Source of the DNA: Macrostomum hystrix
Lineage: Eukaryota; Animalia; Platyhelminthes
NCBI GenBank assembly: GCA_950097015.1
Contig: CATNEN010000041.1
Location: 3,348,001 to 3,412,000, forward strand
Reading direction: 5' to 3'
Length of the DNA: 64,000 nucleotides
Of this stretch, positions 48,753 to 60,361 are shown piece after piece. The notes beneath the pieces are model-generated. The model was not told the DNA's origin. It saw only the letters and a list, made by a program, of their open reading frames with translations, and made no database searches. Position 1 is the first letter of the stretch. Each line of letters opens with the position of its first letter. Position numbers and translations under genes: made by a program.

Positions 48753-51332
48753 TTGACTTAGCTGCGGGGTGCTCCGTACCAGCGGACGCAGCGAGGAGGC
48801 GGAGAGGACCGCCCATTCCGCTAACCCCTGGCAAACCAGACGACCTCAGGAAAGGTGGTGTTGCTCAGGGTGGCCCGTCGGACTCGCCTGCAGCGTGGTC
48901 CTCCGCACTGTCAGTGGGGAAGACGTTGGCTCGCCCAGTATTCCGGAGGTACCGGGCAAGCTGAGGGATGCTCACGGGCCTGCAAACATCGGAGAGAGTT
49001 GGGTTAGGCCCAAGGTGTTCAAGCCTTGCCCTGGTGAAAACTGGGCAGTGGCATATAAAGTGTTCGGCATTTTCGCTACCCGAGCTTCAAAAGGTGCATT
49101 TGTCCTCCAGGAGCTTGCCCTGGAGAAAGTGATGCCGAGAAAAACTGCCATGCCCTGAGAGGGCCATGCTGACTGCGCGGAGATCTCTGCTGTTCAGCTT
49201 TAAGAGGGCTTTGCGCAGGCGGTGAGACGGACATGGGACCGCTGCCCTAGACTGTGCGCCATTAGGTGCCTCTGGCCACGGCTCTGAGGTAAAAGTGTCA
49301 CCCTTCGACCTTACAGGGTACACAGCCAGTCTGCGGGCCCGGCACTGCCTTTTTGTGCTCTCCAATGCCTAAGGTCTCACCGCGCCGAGGGGCTGGGAGG
49401 TCCGGGGAGCAAACCGGCCATTAGCGGTCCTTCATTCCTTTTTTTGCATTCCAGCGATTTTCGGAGAGTTATGGCATCTCAAAATTTAAAGAATCCGATT
49501 AAAGAGATAATTTAAAGAGATGCTGCCTGAGCAGAGCTGGGAAGCCAATATGGCCTTCCACCGAGAGGACGAGCCACCCCAGACGAAGAGGCACCGCATC
49601 TTCGTTCCGGCGGCCAGCGTCGTCACTTACTCGGAAGAGTTGCGGAATGGACTGCTAGCAGTCAACCGCGAAATGCCTGCCGCGGGCCTAGTGGTGCACG
49701 ACACCGTTCAGCATCCCGAGGGTCGGAGCTTCACCGCCATTCTTGGCCTGTCGGACGTCTGGATGCGCAAGTACCCGGACGACACACAGATCGCCATCGG
49801 CCACCTAAAGCTGCGCATCAGAGCTTTCGAGGCAGACAGACAGCGCCGAAACAGGGCGTGAACCCAACTTAGGCAGCAGCCGAATGAGATTCGGCCCCTA
49901 AGGCAGCAAGGCTCTCAGATAGGGGACACAAAGCCCAGCATAGCCGCGCTGGTAAGGCAGATCGCGCTGCTGAGGGGGGCTCTGATCGCCACCCAGCGCG
50001 CTTCACAAAGCGGAAAGGCCTCCTGCAGAGGGCCGCAGAGGCAATCCAGGCAGCCAAGCTGACCCACCTCAGGAGGGAGGTCTCCGGCCAGTCGAGGCGA
50101 GTTTCCCAGCCTAGGGCGACTGGCGGCGCCACCTGTGGGCCCAGCTCCACGGAGCAGGGACCTAGGGGGCCACGCCAAGTTGCCCAGGGCGGGGCACTCA
50201 CCGAGACAGTGGGCGCCACTCAGAAGCTGAGCTCCGCTGCGGGAGGAAATAGGGCGCCTCAGGCTGCCCAATGCCCGCCTGCAGGTCAGGAGCCCGACCC
50301 TGAGGGGGAGCCCATGGAAACCGGCAGCCCCCGTTATTTCCCCATCACTGAAGAGAGAGGAAGAGGGCCTTCTGACCCAATCCCCTCAGAAACCGGAAGA
50401 CCATCAATGATCGAAAATTTTTGCTGCCTTCAAATAAATACTCAGCACTGCAATAAATACTCGGTTAACCTGATGCTCACGGCTGAGTGCACGCTCCCAA
50501 GCCTCATTTTTGTTCAGGAGCCCTGGCTTTCCAAAGGTAAGTCTACCAATCTACCTTCGGGATTTGACTGTTTTTGCATGGCGGATACCCCTCGCCCCAG
50601 ATCGCTGATCTGGGCTGCAAATTCTCTAAAAGCGTGGATGAGACCCGACCTATCCACCGGGGACATCTGCGTGATCCAAACCCTGCACATTGTGCAGCGT
50701 AAGTCTACTCTGGTGGCGTCTGTATACCTGCCAGGCTATGCCCCCACGGTCAGCGATGAGCTGGTAGCTCTCTGCGACTACGCGCATGTGGACAACTTCG
50801 AGCTCCTCATTGCCGGTGATGTGAACGCACACCACACGCATTGGGGTAGTAAGAACATTAACGACCGCGGCGAAGAGCTCCTCGCTTTCGTCGGCGGCAG
50901 AAACCTTAACTTCTGCAATGCCGGAAGCACCCCAACTTTCGACAATGGCCGTTGGTCGGAGGTCCTCGACGTCACCCTCGCCTCCCGGGCGTCATCACCA
51001 GGATATCCGGATGAAGAGTGTGGGGAGAAGAGGAGTCCCTCTCAGACCATCGCTTCATCCGCTTCGAGGTCGTAAATGCTACCCCGAAGAAAACTATCAC
51101 CTGGAGCAGGAACGTCCGAAACACCGAGTGGACCACGTTCGGCCTTAAACTGAGCAGGGGCCTGTGTGACAACGGCACCCCGGGTGACATCACAAACTGC
51201 GACATACGACGCTCGTAGCTGACGAGATAGCCTCCAAGCTTGGAGGCACGGTCATCGATGCCTATGAGGCGGCCTGTCCCCTCAAAGCCTATAAAGGCAA
51301 GAAATCTGCCCCCTGGTGGAACCCCGAGCTCT
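48753..51332. mobile_element. Non-LTR retrotransposon insertion with 5' inversion: 3' end on minus (48753-about 49262); 5'UTR, ORF1 remnant and AP endonuclease on plus (about 49263-51332)
   Basis: Minus: [14 protein letters not shown]...ENAEHF knuckle and 3' tail. Plus: CLQINTQHC, FVQEPW, IAGDVNAH, TPTF, LDVTLAS, SDHRFI. Flanked by TGAAATAGAC at 48743-48752 and 51333-51342. Confidence 0.88.
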
Positions 51333-53039
51333 TGAAATAGACACTGGCTTTATCCTGTTCACGATTTGCAATTTCTATTTAGTCGAATGTTTTTTCAACC
51401 ATTTCCCATATTGGCCAGTGATTGGGTTAAGCTTTTGGTTGCCCATTCACGGGTCGAAAGATAAACGCTGTCATTTAAACGTAGATACTCGCTTTAGGAA
51501 CATTAGGGAAAATTCTAAAATGCTTCATGCGAATCTCCAGACCATTGGGATTAGCAAACTACTCGTATAAAACTGTTTGAAAGCTTGTGCCAAGTGAGAC
51601 CTGGTGAAAGTAAGAGCCCGTAGCACCTGGACAGATATCTCGGAAGTATTTTGGACTTCACCAGAAAACAAATAACATTCGCTAAATAACTGCTTTTTTG
51701 CATGGATTAATACCAAGCTAACCCTCAAAGTGTCTCGTCATTTCAAAAATTTCCGTCCCTTGCCCTTTTATGTCGCTCGTGAAGTCAGTCTGCCTCAAAC
51801 CATAGCTAGTTTACTGTGTATAGCGTCAAATGTAAGTGGAGTGTCCAAAATCGATCCCAAGGCCTCGTTGGAGTGTAATTTTACTCTTTTGATCCCCATT
51901 ACCTGCCAGTTTCCCCCATAGAATAGTATGAGAGCCTTGAGGCCAGCATGGGTTGTCAAAACACGTGGCTCGATGAGTCATCGCCTTGACCACTCAGACC
52001 CCTCAAAACGCCCATCCCACTTCCTTTTGTTCTGGTGCACTCAAGCGTGACGAGAGCTTAACCTTCAAATGTCCTTTTAATTTACGCGAATCTCGAATCT
52101 AGTGAGTAGAAGGCGCATGTCACTGCGATCAAGAGGAAGATTGTTGGCAGATTAAATAATAGATATAATGTAATTCGAATATAAATACGGTACGATAATA
52201 CCAATAGTAGTACAGTTTGAACACAGAACCGCATTAATGAGAGGCTATTGGCTTTCACCAACTAAGAGCGGTACATACTTTGTAAAAAGGGATTGAACCT
52301 CTATATTTAAATTTTAGCAAATGCCTCATTCCCAGCTAAAGTAGAATAGTGTAAAGTACAAAAACCCCTTTGCGAAAGACCTTGCTTCCAGCACTGACCA
52401 GGAACCAAATGGATGTTCTATTATTCTCTTTTTTCTGGCCTAAATATTACCAACCGTAGCAACCGGGCCCCTGCCTCATTAGGTTTCAGTTATGGAGTCA
52501 ATAACCACAAGGGCTGGTGGCAGAATTACTTTGAATAGTCCCTACCCGAAAACTCCTTGGCCAGAATTAAAGTAGACAATGGGACCTGGGCCAATCGGAC
52601 ACACAAAACCAGCTACCAACCATCACTGGGGAAGTAAGGCCTGATCCCTTTCCACCTTGGGATCAGCACCGCGGGATTTTCAGCGCTCGCTTTGAGCCAA
52701 CCCCGGGTTTACATCATAAGCAAAACTTACACAACCAAGCCAACCAACTGTCGCTTTCCATTTCCTCGTCCAGCCGTGCCACCACTGCAGCGCCAAAGGT
52801 AAGACAATGCCAGAAGTGTCGCGGCAAGAAGCTGCTACTTCAGTGACTGTTCTGGCCACGGCCGGAAGACTGTCGCCTGGGGCGCATTGCTCAGAAAAGT
52901 TGGCTGCGGCGAGTGTGATGGACAAGGCGGTCAGTCGTCTAACCGACTTCTTTGTATTTTTTGCGAATAATCATCCACTCAGTACTTGAAGCTGATGCTC
53001 ACTGTGCAGCGGCAGCGGAGAGGAGACAACGTGGGCAGC

Positions 53040-55534
53040 CACGAAAGCAGACACAGAAATTGCGATATAGCAGAAATCGAGCACGAAATCGGGACTTTCT
53101 ATGCCCCAGACAGGATATATTTGGCATATTTGCACATAAACCAGTTCGATGGAAGCACGCGAGTAGGACAAAGTAAGAAAAATAAAAGCAAAAAGGCAAA
53201 AAATTCACATTATGCAGCGCGAGAGAGACAAAGCTGGGCACATGCGGGTGCCAGCTGAAATATAACTCGGCACAATGCTGCGGGGTGGGTGTTTACACCC
53301 AATCAGCGAGCGCCGATTGGACACTAAACACCACACTCCGAGGCACGAAATCAGACACGGAAATTGCGATACAGCAGAAATCGGGACTGTCTATGGCCCA
53401 AAATCCAAAGAGGGGTTAAAGGCAGTTTAAAAAAGCGAAGTGACGCAGGTACACAATTAAAACAGTTTAAAACATAAAAGCTGTTGAGAGCATAAAAGAA
53501 GGTAAAAGTAAGACCAGCCAGCGTAGACAAGAACAATTAATTGAACTTGAAAGAAAACTTATAGAAGGCAGAAACCGGAAGCACAGGATGGGCCAGAGCG
53601 AGGACTAAATAATGTCACAAAGAGAATTCTACAGCGGCACACCAAGAGTCAAACGCACACAGAGTTTTTGAGCAGCAGCCAGTTGCAGGCCGAGGCCCGA
53701 TTCCAACCCTAGGTACGCCTCCACCGCCGAGCTCCGCCAGGCTTTTGACTATCGCGTTGCCAGTCGATGATGAGCCAGTTTGTGACGCCTGGGCCGCGGA
53801 TGATGCCGCAGCCTCGCCAATCGGACGCGTCCGACTCGATTGCCGAGGCTTGCCCGGCGGCCCTCCAGATGCGGCAGCTGGGCTTCTTTTCCAGGCAGGC
53901 CACCCACAAGAGGATGAACTCGCGGAGGCCGTCGTGCATTCGCAGTTTGTGCTAAAGCTGCTTTAGCTTGCTGAGTTCTAGCAGGAGCGGCCTCAGGAAA
54001 CACCTCCCGATGCGGACGACCTGGCAGACCCAGTTGATGCGGCCACAAAGATATTTGAGCTGGCGCTTGGTGGTGCGCTTGTGCGAGAGTGCGGATTGCA
54101 GCTGTGCTTTCGTGGCCTCGAGCAGGAAGTCACGATTGGGTCCGGGACCTCATCAGCGCTTCCGGCGTCCCAGGCAGTGCTGATGAGGTCGGAAGAGAGG
54201 GCAACGGACCCGATGGACTTAGGTTGAGGCCTGTCAGGGGGGAGCGGGTGATCGACCTTGAGTGAGTCGGCCGGGGCAGCTGGGCTGTCAATGAAGTCCC
54301 CCGGCCGTCCGCAATCTAGCTTTTTGAAGTGCAGAGCTGGCGCGGGTGCGCCGCGTAGCAGACCGAGAACGCGTTCCTGAACTTGCAGTCGCGTCTGTGG
54401 CAGCCGTTTCGGTTGAATTTGACGCACAGCTCCCAACCTTCGGGGTCGGTTTGGCCGACGAAGCCACTTGCCTGTTGTCTCATTTTGCTGAACTTGAAAC
54501 CAGGCCGCGGATAGGCTGAACTGCCAGCTGGATTGGATTTGGGCGCTAGGATGTACTTTGACAGCAGCTGCAGCGACTCCCGCTCCCAGCTGCCGCTGAT
54601 CTGGTGCTGCAGGATCCTGAAGTCTTCGTCGTAGTCGTTGAGGGCGGCCTGGCTGAATCCCTGATGCATGAACTCGCCGAACTGTACGCAGTACCGCACA
54701 TAGGCCTTCAACTCACTTAAGTCCACAGTAGCGTTTCTCATTGTGACTAGGGCACTGTCGTCAAGCAGTCTTAGCAGGATGCGGCCGCTGACTGCTACCC
54801 ACTGGCCGACCGTGATGTTCTCAGTCCGATCTCTAGCCTTCGCTGACTGTGTCACAGGCTCCTTGCAGTCCCGATCGATGAAGTCCCTCACCAGCAGAGG
54901 CCTCGACGTGGCGGCTGGCTTGGTGTAGCTGCCGGGGAGTTCCCAGTCTGACGCTGGCAGGTGCTGCTCCGGCTCGTGGGCACTGAGGGTTCGGTTGAAC
55001 AGCATCGAGCTAGTCGACTTACCACACTGTCTGCACTGGCCGTCCTTTCCAAGTTCGGCTTCGATCTCCGCTGTTTGGCGCTGAAGTGTTCTCAGGCGGA
55101 GCAGCTTCTCTTGCCGGGCGATCCTCTGGTCCAGGTCTTCGCCGCCCCTCAGATCCGCCGCCTCGCCGTCCTCATCGCTGCTGGTCTGCGTCGTCCTCGG
55201 CAGTTGATGCGGTTGACCTTTGCTGCACGCGGCGTGTGTTTTGGCTGGCTAAAATGGATAGTTCCAGTATGACTTGCAGTTCGCGTTTGCGACCGCTGCT
55301 AGGCAGGCCAAGTTGAATCATGCGGTCTGTTAGCAGGCGAGCCGTAAGCCGCGGTCAATTGGAAGCACAGCCATGCAGTAAACAAAAAAAACTCACGACA
55401 CGAAAAACATTTTACACCACGCAGCGCGAGAGACAAACCTCGGCACAAGTCGGTGCCGGCTGAAATATAACTTAGCACAAGGCGGCGGGGTGAGTGTCTC
55501 GGTGGTTACACCAATCAGCGAGCGCTGAGCGGAC
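53040..55534 (-). mobile_element. Internally deleted Ngaro/DIRS-type (tyrosine-recombinase class) retrotransposon with split direct repeats
   Basis: Gag-like ORF ending CVKFNRNGCHRRDCKFRNAFSVCYAAHPRQLC. RT thumb KRTTKRQLKYLCGRINWVCQVVRIGRCFLRPL and RNase H start ESDASDWRGCG (in-frame stop present). Repeats A1 55414-55534, B1 53325-53400, A2 53205-53324, B2 53040-53108. Confidence 0.8.
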
Positions 55535-57127
55535 GCAAAAGAAGGGAAATAAAAAGAGCGCACTCAAGCCTGAAACTAAATATATTTTGGTTGAGATGCT
55601 CAACAGGCCACCAATCTATAACGCTAAACAACTGAAACAATAAAATGTAAGTAAACTTGCTAGTTGGTCAACGATAAGTGAAGCCAAGCTTCGATACTCA
55701 ACGATGACTTTCCTGACCTAACACATAAGTTTTGCTCTCTTGAGCCCTAACTCTTATTCCGTATCACGATCAATGCCGAGTAAAGTTACATCAATTCCAG
55801 CGGTTGGGAAATATTAATTTCAAACACAATGACTTTATTTAAGAAGACGATTAGTTCAGCTCAAACGGTCTCGTCACGGGACGGTGACAAAAACAATCTG
55901 GATCAATATTAGCTCCAGTCAAGATAATGCAGTGTAAAACTCTTATTTACTTGCAGGTAAAATGTGGGACATATAATACAATCGGTCGGTAGAAACAGTT
56001 TTAAGAAATAACACACTCAGGTACATGTAAGGCCAAGGGCTCATGCAAAAGCTACACATACCTCATTAAAGGCGGCGTTTGAATCAAATGAACGGTTGGG
56101 ACACAACTGAGACTGCTGGTCTCTATAGATCCCAAACAGATAAGAAGACAATAGCTTGAACTAGATAAAAATTTAGTGCATTTAACTAGCCTTTATAGAT
56201 TCCAAAAACAATTTGTTAGATTCAACGAAGTCAGCTAGTCCTGCCTTCGACGACTCTAAGCTTTCTTATTTTGTTTTGCCTTAAGCAATCAATTCATGGT
56301 AAACAATTCCTTGCCGATTGAGACTGGTAACTGCTCAGAGTCAGATAAGCTCCTATGGCATATGGGATCTGGCATCAACAGTCAGCATCACTAGCCAGCC
56401 AGCCTAAAAGTTAAGAAAAGTCCAGATCGAAAGCAGACTGCCAGGCCAAGCCAAGATCTGGGATAAGCAGTGGCACAGCCAAGAAAGATTTGATTAAGGA
56501 GCAGCAGAGTAGCGGACCACGAGTGAGTGGCAGCTGCCATCTCATGCAGCTGTTTTGCTAACAGGGCAGAGTACAGCATGTATGTGAGTCGAGAACAGGC
56601 CGCCAGAATTTCACCTCTCGACTGGTTTGAAAAAAGCAATAGAAGTTTTCACAAGCTAACTGGTAAAATAGGTAACAGAACTCCCAATTTTTCTCTGCAA
56701 AAGGTACAGGCAACGAAAGCATTCATAATTGTCATTCGCAACTGGTAAAATAGTTCAACATTAGAATTCATAGTCGTAGCAGTATTTATAGGACTAAAAA
56801 TCAAGATTCTCCATTTGTGAATTCGAATAATTAGTATAGAATAGCTCATCAAAACACAAAATCTCACAGAAATAAGCTATGGCCAGTGACACAGAGAATG
56901 GCTGACATGAGAGCATTCCGCATTGTGGTGGTCGTCGCCAACCGACCACAGCTACAATGACAAAGTGGGCCATTCTCAGTGAGCTGTATAGCGAGAGTTA
57001 AGGATGAGTAATATGGGAGGGGCAGATGGGAAAGCAGCGCAGCAAAATGTACTTCAATTGAATTTTGCATGGAGAAAGACGAGAAGCATAAATGTGGGAT
57101 ATCAACCGGCGCCACGGGTTTAGCAGG

Positions 57128-58043
57128 TCAGGAACTGCGAGCCTGTTGTTCCTCTAGCATGTCGAGGGTCTCGCGAGCCCAGTATGCAGCCTCAAAGTCA
57201 TCGCCGACCTCCTGAACGAACTTATCCAGTACGTCCCGGCCACCCTCGGAGGCAAGCAGGGGCACATATTTGTTCGGCATGTGCTTGCACATGCTCATCA
57301 GCGCCCAGGCACCCCAGGCGTAGCTGGCCCTAGATCGGCGGCAGCGCAGCAGACGTAGGATTGGCTGGAAGGACCGGTAGTTGATCTGTCGGCTCAGGTT
57401 GCTGGTCGGCCACATCCGGATAACCTCGCTGACCTTGGCGTCTAGCTCCCGCTCTGCATCTGTCAGGGTCGTGTCCCTTCTGCTGTGCAGGCAGTGGGCA
57501 ACAATTCCAGCAGCATTGTAGGCGGCTTCAACGTTGTCCGCAGTCCAGCGGTTCAAATAAACAAGCAGGATGTCGGCGATCTCCTTGGACCCGACAAGCA
57601 AGTCAGCGGCAAGACTTGGTACCTCAGAAACGTTGCCTAGGAGGCCTAGCACATTCCGCATGAGTTCCTGAGACGGGTCTTGTGCTGCCGAATGCAGCTG
57701 GTGGCAGCGAACAAGGCACTGCAGACCTCCGTGCCGCATGAAATCGGCACAATTAGGCTCGCTCTCATCAGTGATATTCCAAAGAATGCTCCAGGCCGAG
57801 CTTAGACACTGGGCCAACAGACCTGGCGTAGAGCTAGAGCGCCTGGGCGGTTCAAGTCGACCCTCAATAAACTGCAGCACATGCCGCACAAGGTGGCACT
57901 CGCAGCCCACAAACTGCCGCTCCGGCTCGTCGAATGAGATAGCAAGGTAGTTGATAACCGCCAGTACGTAGCGGATTGACTCTGCCTCATCCTCAGAGCA
58001 GCTCTGGTCCAAAACAAACAACAGTGACCGGACTAGCTTCACC
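57128..58043 (-). CDS. ZER1: ZER1/ZYG11 exon 3 (ARM region)
   Basis: Phase-2 acceptor tcttctggcctttcccgcag|G; SAWSILWNITDE, RNVLGLLGNVSEV, INYRSFQPILRLL, KYVPLLASEGG. Total CDS 2475 nt. Confidence 0.9.
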
Positions 58044-58111
58044 CTGCGGGAAAGGCCAGAAGACTCAGACTGCCACAGGTAGGAAGGATCCCCATGCACA
58101 TACTTGAAAAT

Positions 58112-58369
58112 ACAGTTTCAATGATTTTGAAAACATTATAGTGCTTATGAACACAGTTTGAGTACTTTTGAACACAGTTTCAGTGCCCATGAACACAGTT
58201 TCAGTGATTTTGAACACAGTTTTAGTGATTTTGAACACAGTTTCAGTGCCCATGAACACAGTTTCAGTGATTTTGAACACAGTTTGAGTGCTCATGAACA
58301 CGGTTTCAGTGCTCATGAACACAGTTTCAGTGCTCATAATCGCAGGTCAAGTGCTCATGAACAGTTTCA
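58112..58369. repeat. 21-bp minisatellite in ZER1 intron 2
   Basis: tgaacacagtttcagtg(ccca/attt/ctca) units. Confidence 0.9.
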
Positions 58370-58415
58370 ATGACTGCATATAAATTCCAAGCTTGAAGAA
58401 AAAAAAAATTTTTAC

Positions 58416-59218
58416 CTGGAGCAGCTCATGATGGCAGCCTCAACATCATTGTTAAGCAGTAGGAATAGGGACAGCAGGAAGTTGCGCCGAGTGAGAGCGT
58501 CAAGTCTCCAGCGGTAGATGGAGGTGGCGATGACATCAAGGCAGCGACAGACTGTATCAAACAGCGCAGAGGGCCTCGAGTGCAAGTAGGCTCGGATGAG
58601 GTAGTAGATGGAAGCTGAGGCCTGTAGGAAGAGAGCTTCGAGTCCATTGGCCCAGACAAAATCCTCCATAATGTCGAGCAGTCGGCTAAGTAGCCGCAGA
58701 CCACAGTGTGGGCTGTTATCTGGGCCTGGTTGGGCCGGCAGACGCAGGAACTGGAACAGAGAGCGCAGGACAATGGTGGCCGCCTGTGGGTCGCGTGAGA
58801 ACTCACGTAGCAGGCAGGCAAAGCCAGCGAGGCTGCGGTCTGAGCCGAGCCTGTCAGCACCTGTCAGTGGCTCAATGTGGGTGGTCGCGCCGAACAGACC
58901 GAGGTAGTCGAAACCAGAGAGCTCCACAACCAGGTCGGGCGCAGCATCAGTCAGGCTGGTAAAGCTGAGATCCAGGCGGCGCAGACGGGGCAAGCGCCGT
59001 ACAAGACGTCGCAGCTGTTCGGTAGGATCAGCAAAGGGAAACACCAGAGTCTCTGCATCAGGCAGAGGTTCCTTGGGTGGCTGACCAATGTCCAGCGATT
59101 CCAACAACGGGAATTTCTCACAAATGACGTCAAGGCCACTAATCTCCGTTTCCGCTAGCTCGTCGAGGCGGGCTGCAACCTCCATGTCAAAGCTATAAGT
59201 CTCCAGCAGATAGGCAAC
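58416..59218 (-). CDS. ZER1: ZER1/ZYG11 exon 2 (LRR region)
   Basis: tatctacag| acceptor; LESLDIG, LRRLDLSFT; donor AG|GTAAA, phase 2. Confidence 0.85.
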
Positions 59219-59605
59219 CTGTAGATAATACAAAGTTTGATTAGACGCGCCTTGTCAGCAGCTACGGTCTGCCAGTAATGCTGGTCTCACAGTGAAAATT
59301 CGAAGACCATTAAGTTACTGAGTTCTCAGTTAACCGGATACTGTTGTGCGAAGGAAGATGACAGAAAGGAAACAACAGAACAGGAGGCGAGGTGACAGAC
59401 GAAGACAGGAAGGGAGGTGAAGGACGAGGACGTGAAGGAATATAGGATTAGGTAATAAGAAATAAATAGCATAAATACGAGTATACTACTAGTTGGTAGT
59501 AGAGCATTTTTACACTTATACAATTACAAAAGGCAACGCAGCATAACTAGAAAATGCTGAATTGTAAAAACTCGTACGCAAAACGCGATTTGCGATTTTG
59601 CTTAC

Positions 59606-60361
59606 CGTAATGTTCTCGGAGTCGGCCAGAAACAGAACAGCGCAGCGCCTCAAGCCAAGGCAACGCAGAGCAGGCATTCGTGGCGCCGCTAGCAGCTGTG
59701 CAGCAGTGATGCTGCTTCCCGCCAGGTCCAGTGACACAAGGTTGGCACAAATAAATCTAACATCCAGGTCGGCGAGAGGATTTGCGTCTGGGTTGGCGGG
59801 TAGGCGGGCTCGAAGGCAAGTAACGCGGTTGAAGCTGATGCGATGCTCGGCTCGGATGAGGTCGGGATAGTGCGCACCGATGTCTAGTGTATGCAGCAGT
59901 GAGGCAAGGCGGCGCAGGTGCACAATGTAGGCGTCCAGCGGAGGCTCCAGTGCCAAGCCCTCGTAAAGGTAGAGGCTGGCGGGGGTGAGGTTAAGCAGGG
60001 CGGTAAGTAGGTCTTGTTGCGCGCCTGGGTAGGGCTCATCGCCGAGGCAGGGTGCGGCATTGCTGGGCAGCAGGTCCAGTCGAGACACACAGGCGCCCCG
60101 AAAAAGGGCCACCTGGTGAATAGCGGATGCGGTGACTCGGACGGGTCGGTCAGGCATTCGACGGTAATCGAAACGAGCCGGAGTGAACCTGCGCAAGCCA
60201 TCCAGCAGCGGCAGCAGCAACAGCTCAGCACCCAGCTGGCTCCGGTTAAGCCAGCTGTGACGGTCAGCCAATATGCCGTCGGACTCCCAGTACGCACTGC
60301 AAGACAGCAGCCTCCAGGCACACAGCTCCTTCAAGCTTAAGTCTGGGGGCTGTGTTGCCAT
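59606..60361 (-). CDS. ZER1: ZER1/ZYG11 (CUL2 substrate receptor) exon 1
   Basis: MATQPPDLSLKELCAWRL BC/VHL-box-like N terminus, then LRR-like segments; donor ACG|GTAAG, phase 0. Confidence 0.8.

Noticed and set aside
56391-57115. Short ORFs after ZER1, including a VTGHSL lipase-like word
   Set aside because: No consistent frame, splice pattern or second motif; probably 3'UTR or intergenic.
58044-58103. ORF-track start at 58099 or the AG at 58104-58103 as the ZER1 exon 3 acceptor
   Set aside because: The phase is incompatible with the phase-2 donor at 58416; the acceptor before 58043 restores the frame.
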